A stretch of 38,623 nt of DNA from Callorhinchus milii. Taxonomy: Eukaryota. The stretch spans positions 1 to 38,623 of the forward strand of contig NW_024705505.1 in the NCBI RefSeq assembly GCF_018977255.1, read 5' to 3'. How positions within the stretch are numbered: position 1 is the stretch's first letter; each line of letters starts with the position of its first letter. Position numbers and translations under genes: made by a program. The notes under the pieces were generated by a model. It saw only the letters and a program-made list of their open reading frames with translations. It was not told the origin of the DNA and ran no database searches. This document shows positions 35,002 through 38,623 of the stretch, one piece after another.

Positions 35002-35321
35002 ATCTTCTTGGTTTTTTCGGTAAAGTCACGTAGAAGGGAAGTAATAAAATAATAAAAATAAAACATAATAAAACAATTCTCACGACGTTTCGGCTACAAC
35101 GCAAGCAGCCGTCTTCAGGTGAAGAATGAGAACCTGTCAAGCTGGGAGTTTATATATAAGCTGAGTTGGGGGTGTAAGAAGAGCGCCTTAACAAAAGGAT
35201 GTGCATATCAAGAGGAATTAAGCATATTTATTATTTTATTACTTCCCTTCTACGTGACTTTACCGGAAAAAACCAAGAAGATGAATCCCTGCAGTCACGA
35301 AAGCTTTAAATCGAAAAAAAA
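35002..35321. mobile_element. Young Penelope-like foldback with intact hammerhead, at or within an RTE-tailed SINE
   Basis: Perfect 13-bp TSD TGCTTTGGCAACC (34989-35001/35322-35334); near-identical inverted arms; tail plus short A run; SINE body continues at 35335-35432. Confidence 0.9.
35076..35127 (-). ncRNA. Minimal type I hammerhead ribozyme motif, best-preserved copy
   Basis: AUUCUUCAC-CUGAAGA-C-GGCUGC-UUGCGUU-GUAGCC-GAAAC-GUC/GUGAGAAU; predicted cleavage between 35084 and 35083. Confidence 0.85.
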
Positions 35322-35334
35322 TGCTTTGGCAACC

Positions 35335-35432
35335 TTCACTCGCCAGCGTGGGGAAGTATGGTCAAACAACTACCGTGACCGACAGAGCATGGAGAGGCCT
35401 TCATTCAACTGTTGATTAATACATGGCTGTAA
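35335..35432 (+). mobile_element. RTE-tailed SINE, 3' portion
   Basis: ccagcgtggggaagtatggtcaaac...gagaggccttcattcaac...ggctgtaa. Confidence 0.7.
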
Positions 35433-36643
35433 ATTATTGTTTTCATGCGTACATTGTTTATAAAAAAAATCGATTTTGCCTTTTTTGGAAGATGTCATAA
35501 TAACACAACACCAGGTATTGTGTAAAAGATCCTCAATAATTATCAGACAAACCCTGATACTGAATAAACTTTATGAAATGTAGTCGAGGACAGCTTCTCC
35601 AAATATAACTTTAGAAACAAAACCCCCGAGCTAGTTAAATGGCTCGTGACTCAACAAGCCTAGCACGTACTCCGAGCGCTCAGGATCATTTATAGCGCAC
35701 GGCAGAGAAAACGAGCTTCAAATGGGCCCATCGCCGTACAGCTGTCGGATCCGATCGAGACACCGCAAAATGTGAGCACACCATCGTCTGTGCTCGCAGC
35801 GTGGCCACAGCGCCCACACTGTTCAGGCAGATGTGGCCGACGCGAGATGTGTCTGCTGTGTTAATACAATGCTGGTCATTCGGGTAGAAAATAATCAGGG
35901 GGGCATTCGTTTTTGTTGTTGCCTTTGCGCGACAATTATTGCCGGCTCTGCGTATTGCCGTGGCTTCTTTCCTGTACTGTGCCTACGCTGCATTCTCCCA
36001 ATCCCATTATGACCTCCCAACGTGGGTCAGACATTTCATCCAGTGAGTGTACAATGGTGAATTATGTTTAATGAATCAAAAAAAGCACAGCAGATATGAA
36101 AATGTAATTTTCTCGAGTTCCATGAACAAGGGCAGACTCTTGCTTCGCGTTCCTTCCCATCCCCTTCGATTTTGTGTTTTCCTTTTTATTTCATCATACT
36201 CGCTATACCCCCCCACCCTTCTTGGAGTTGTCAAGTAGTGCTTTTCATTTTCTGCCACTTGGCCTTTCCCCCAGCTCCCCTATAGAGCTTCCTTCAGCAC
36301 CCCCTCCCCAACCTTGAAAATAAGCTCAATCCAGAGATTTTTGCTTTCTCTGAATTGTTGAAAATCATCCAAATAAGACCATTATCTTCCTAAACCCACT
36401 CTGGCACTTCATCGCTTAACAACACGTAGGCTTTCATTGCCATTATTGTGATCAATAATAGCAGTTTATTCAGCCATGACACGTGTGAGAACTATGCAAA
36501 TGTGTGTTGTACACCCTCGTCCACCTGACACAGCCCAAATTAAGTTGTCGCGTGAACAGATGTGCAACAATGTTTTTTGTTCACCTGACAATTTTACTTA
36601 TTCGGCCGTGTTGGGTGGAGGGAGGGTATACGGCACACATTGT

Positions 36644-36914
36644 ACACTATGGGGACCTCATTTGCCAGTAAAAATATGATAATTGGTTCTTTACCCTTCT
36701 ATCTGGCAACAAAACTGACACCTTTTTGCAAGGAGTCATGTTTGCATAGACCGCAATACCTGCAGTCATAATACAAACAAAAGAACATAACTCTGATAAT
36801 GTGCACTGTCTTTTGTTTGCATTATGACTGCAGGTATTGTGGTCTATGCAAACATGACTCCTTGCAAAAAGGTGTCAGTTTTGTTGCCAGATAGAAGGGT
36901 AAAGAACCAATTAT
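36644..36914. mobile_element. Foldback-plus-tail insertion, family 2: 107-bp inverted repeat, 34-nt tail, 13-bp TSD
   Basis: Arms 36678-36784/36809-36915 with 2 mismatches and a 24-nt spacer; TSD CGGCACACATTGT (36631-36643/36915-36927). Confidence 0.88.
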
Positions 36915-37721
36915 CGGCACACATTGTGTTCACGCGATCTGACCCATTCACCAATGACGGATCGTTGAATTATTCTCTCTTTGCCTCCAGCTGACCTCCT
37001 GCATTTGACGCGACGTCCATATTTCGAAACTTTCTCGTCTTCAAATAGATTGTCCGTTCTCAGTCTGAAAAAATGGAATTCAAAGTACGAGGCGATGCAC
37101 GCTGGAGCTAATTGAATTCCGCAGGATGGACGAACGTTCACTTCGATTGTCTTGGCACAGTTGCGAGTTCTTTGCCATGCAACTCGGTGCAATGTGTGTG
37201 TGCTTGTACTGAAGGTCATACATATTTTGCAAGAGCCGGGCATTTTTTTGGTGTGGTAAGCATGTGCAATGAGTTGCTGAGCTCAGCGAGTCGCGTTCAC
37301 TTTTGCGTGGATTCTGTAAACAAAAGCTCAGGACCACTTCCCCCTCTATTAATACTGTACGTTAAGTAGTCTAAACTTCCATTATATATGCAGGCATAAA
37401 CTTATTTAAAAAGCTCGCACATGTATATCAATAATGCATATTTTATATACAGTGCTGTAATAATGTACGTCATATACAAAATCGAAAAACATCGGTCAAT
37501 AATACTGCCTATAAAGAAAAATACATATAATAGGTGAAGTTTCAAGCAATGGGCGTTTTTCATACCACATGCAGGGCTCTGGTCTGAAACGTCAGCTATA
37601 CTATTTTACATTTAAGGCAGCAATGTAATTGACGAATGTGTTGAATTGCATTTGTTAATACTGGTAGGAACCTCCTGGTTACACCAGCCCACAGGGGATT
37701 ATTGTGTCCGTCCGTCGTGCA

Positions 37722-38286
37722 GGGAGGGGCTGGGTGGGGAGGGAGGGGCTGGGTGGGGAGGGGAGGGTGGGGAGGGGGTGGGGAGGGTGGGGCTGGGTGG
37801 GGAGGGGCTGGTTGGGGAGTGTGGGGCTGGTGGGGGTGGAGTGGTGGGGCTGGGTGGGGAGGGGCTGGGTGGAGGGGAGGGGCTGGGTGGGGAGGGGAGG
37901 GTGGGGAAGGGGTGGGAGGGTGGGGCTGGGTGGGGAGGGGAGGGTGGGGAAGGGGTGGGGAGGGTGGGGCTGGGTGGGGAGGGTGGGGAGGGGCTGGTTG
38001 GGGAGTGTGGGGCTGGGTGGGAGGTGGAGTGGTGGGGCTGGGTGGGGAGGGCTGGGTGGGGAGGGAGGGGCTGGGTGGGGAGGGGAGGGTGGGGAGGGGG
38101 TGGGGAGGGTGGGCTGGGTGGGGAGGGTGGGGAGGGGCTGGTTGGGGAGTGTGGGGCTGGGTGGGGGGTGGGAGTGGTGGGGCTGGGTGGGGAGGGCTGG
38201 GTGGGAGGAGGGTGGGGAGGGGCTGGTTGGGGAGTGTGGGGCTGGGTGGGGGGTGGGAGTGGTGGGGCTGGGGTGGGGAGGGGCTG
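37722..38286 (+). repeat. G-rich degenerate tandem repeat (GGGGCTGGGTGGGGAG-like), G-quadruplex-prone
   Basis: About 565 bp of G3-G6 runs with 1-3 nt spacers; recurring sub-blocks such as ggggctggttggggagtgtggggctgg. Confidence 0.95.
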
Positions 38287-38623
38287 GCCAACCCGTGGTG
38301 CCCTTATAAAACTCAACGTTTCACCTACTCACGCCGGCTTGTGCCCGCCCTCACAGTCGGGCATATTTGCGGAATACACGCACATTGCCCTGGCCGTTGA
38401 CCCTGCAGGCCATTGACCGAGCAACCCGACGTTCCTACCAGCTCCCTCCGCAGGAGGAATGTGTTTTGTACTTGCGCGCCACTGCCAATGCGGTGTCATC
38501 AAACAATGAGCATACACACAGACAGTGAGTGATGCCTTGGGTCTTTCGTGAGTTGTTGCCCCCCTTCATTTTAATCCCATTGTGCTCGCAGCGTAATGTT
38601 GTGAGATAAAGAATCCAGTCAAA

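Noticed and set aside
37596..38416. Gly/Trp-rich and Pro-rich ORFs of 200-256 aa
   Set aside because: Open in nearly all frames because the G-rich repeat has no stop codons.

Overview
Eukaryotic, repeat-dense genomic DNA with no recognisable intact protein-coding gene. The repeat content (V-domain SINEs, RTE and L2 LINE ends, Penelope-type hammerheads) suggests a vertebrate, possibly a lamprey-like species; this is inference. The dominant signal is about 12 short insertions of a Penelope-like retroelement (PLE) end, most built as foldbacks with a ~34-nt unpaired tail and 10-14 bp target-site duplications (TSDs). Several carry minimal hammerhead ribozyme motifs (CUGANGA-stem II-GAAAC-GUC) with compensatory stem II changes. 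One PLE foldback encloses a nearly perfect 45 x 18-bp minisatellite. A second, different foldback-plus-tail family occurs at 2789-3067 and 36644-36914. Also present are a 5S rRNA pseudogene, modular tRNA-derived SINEs, MITE remnants and a G-rich G4-prone repeat. A 30-N gap (21979-22008) is followed by about 7.2 kb (22009-~29239) that looks random or shuffled and unlike its flanks; I found no biological feature in it. I found no convincing novel protein-coding system.
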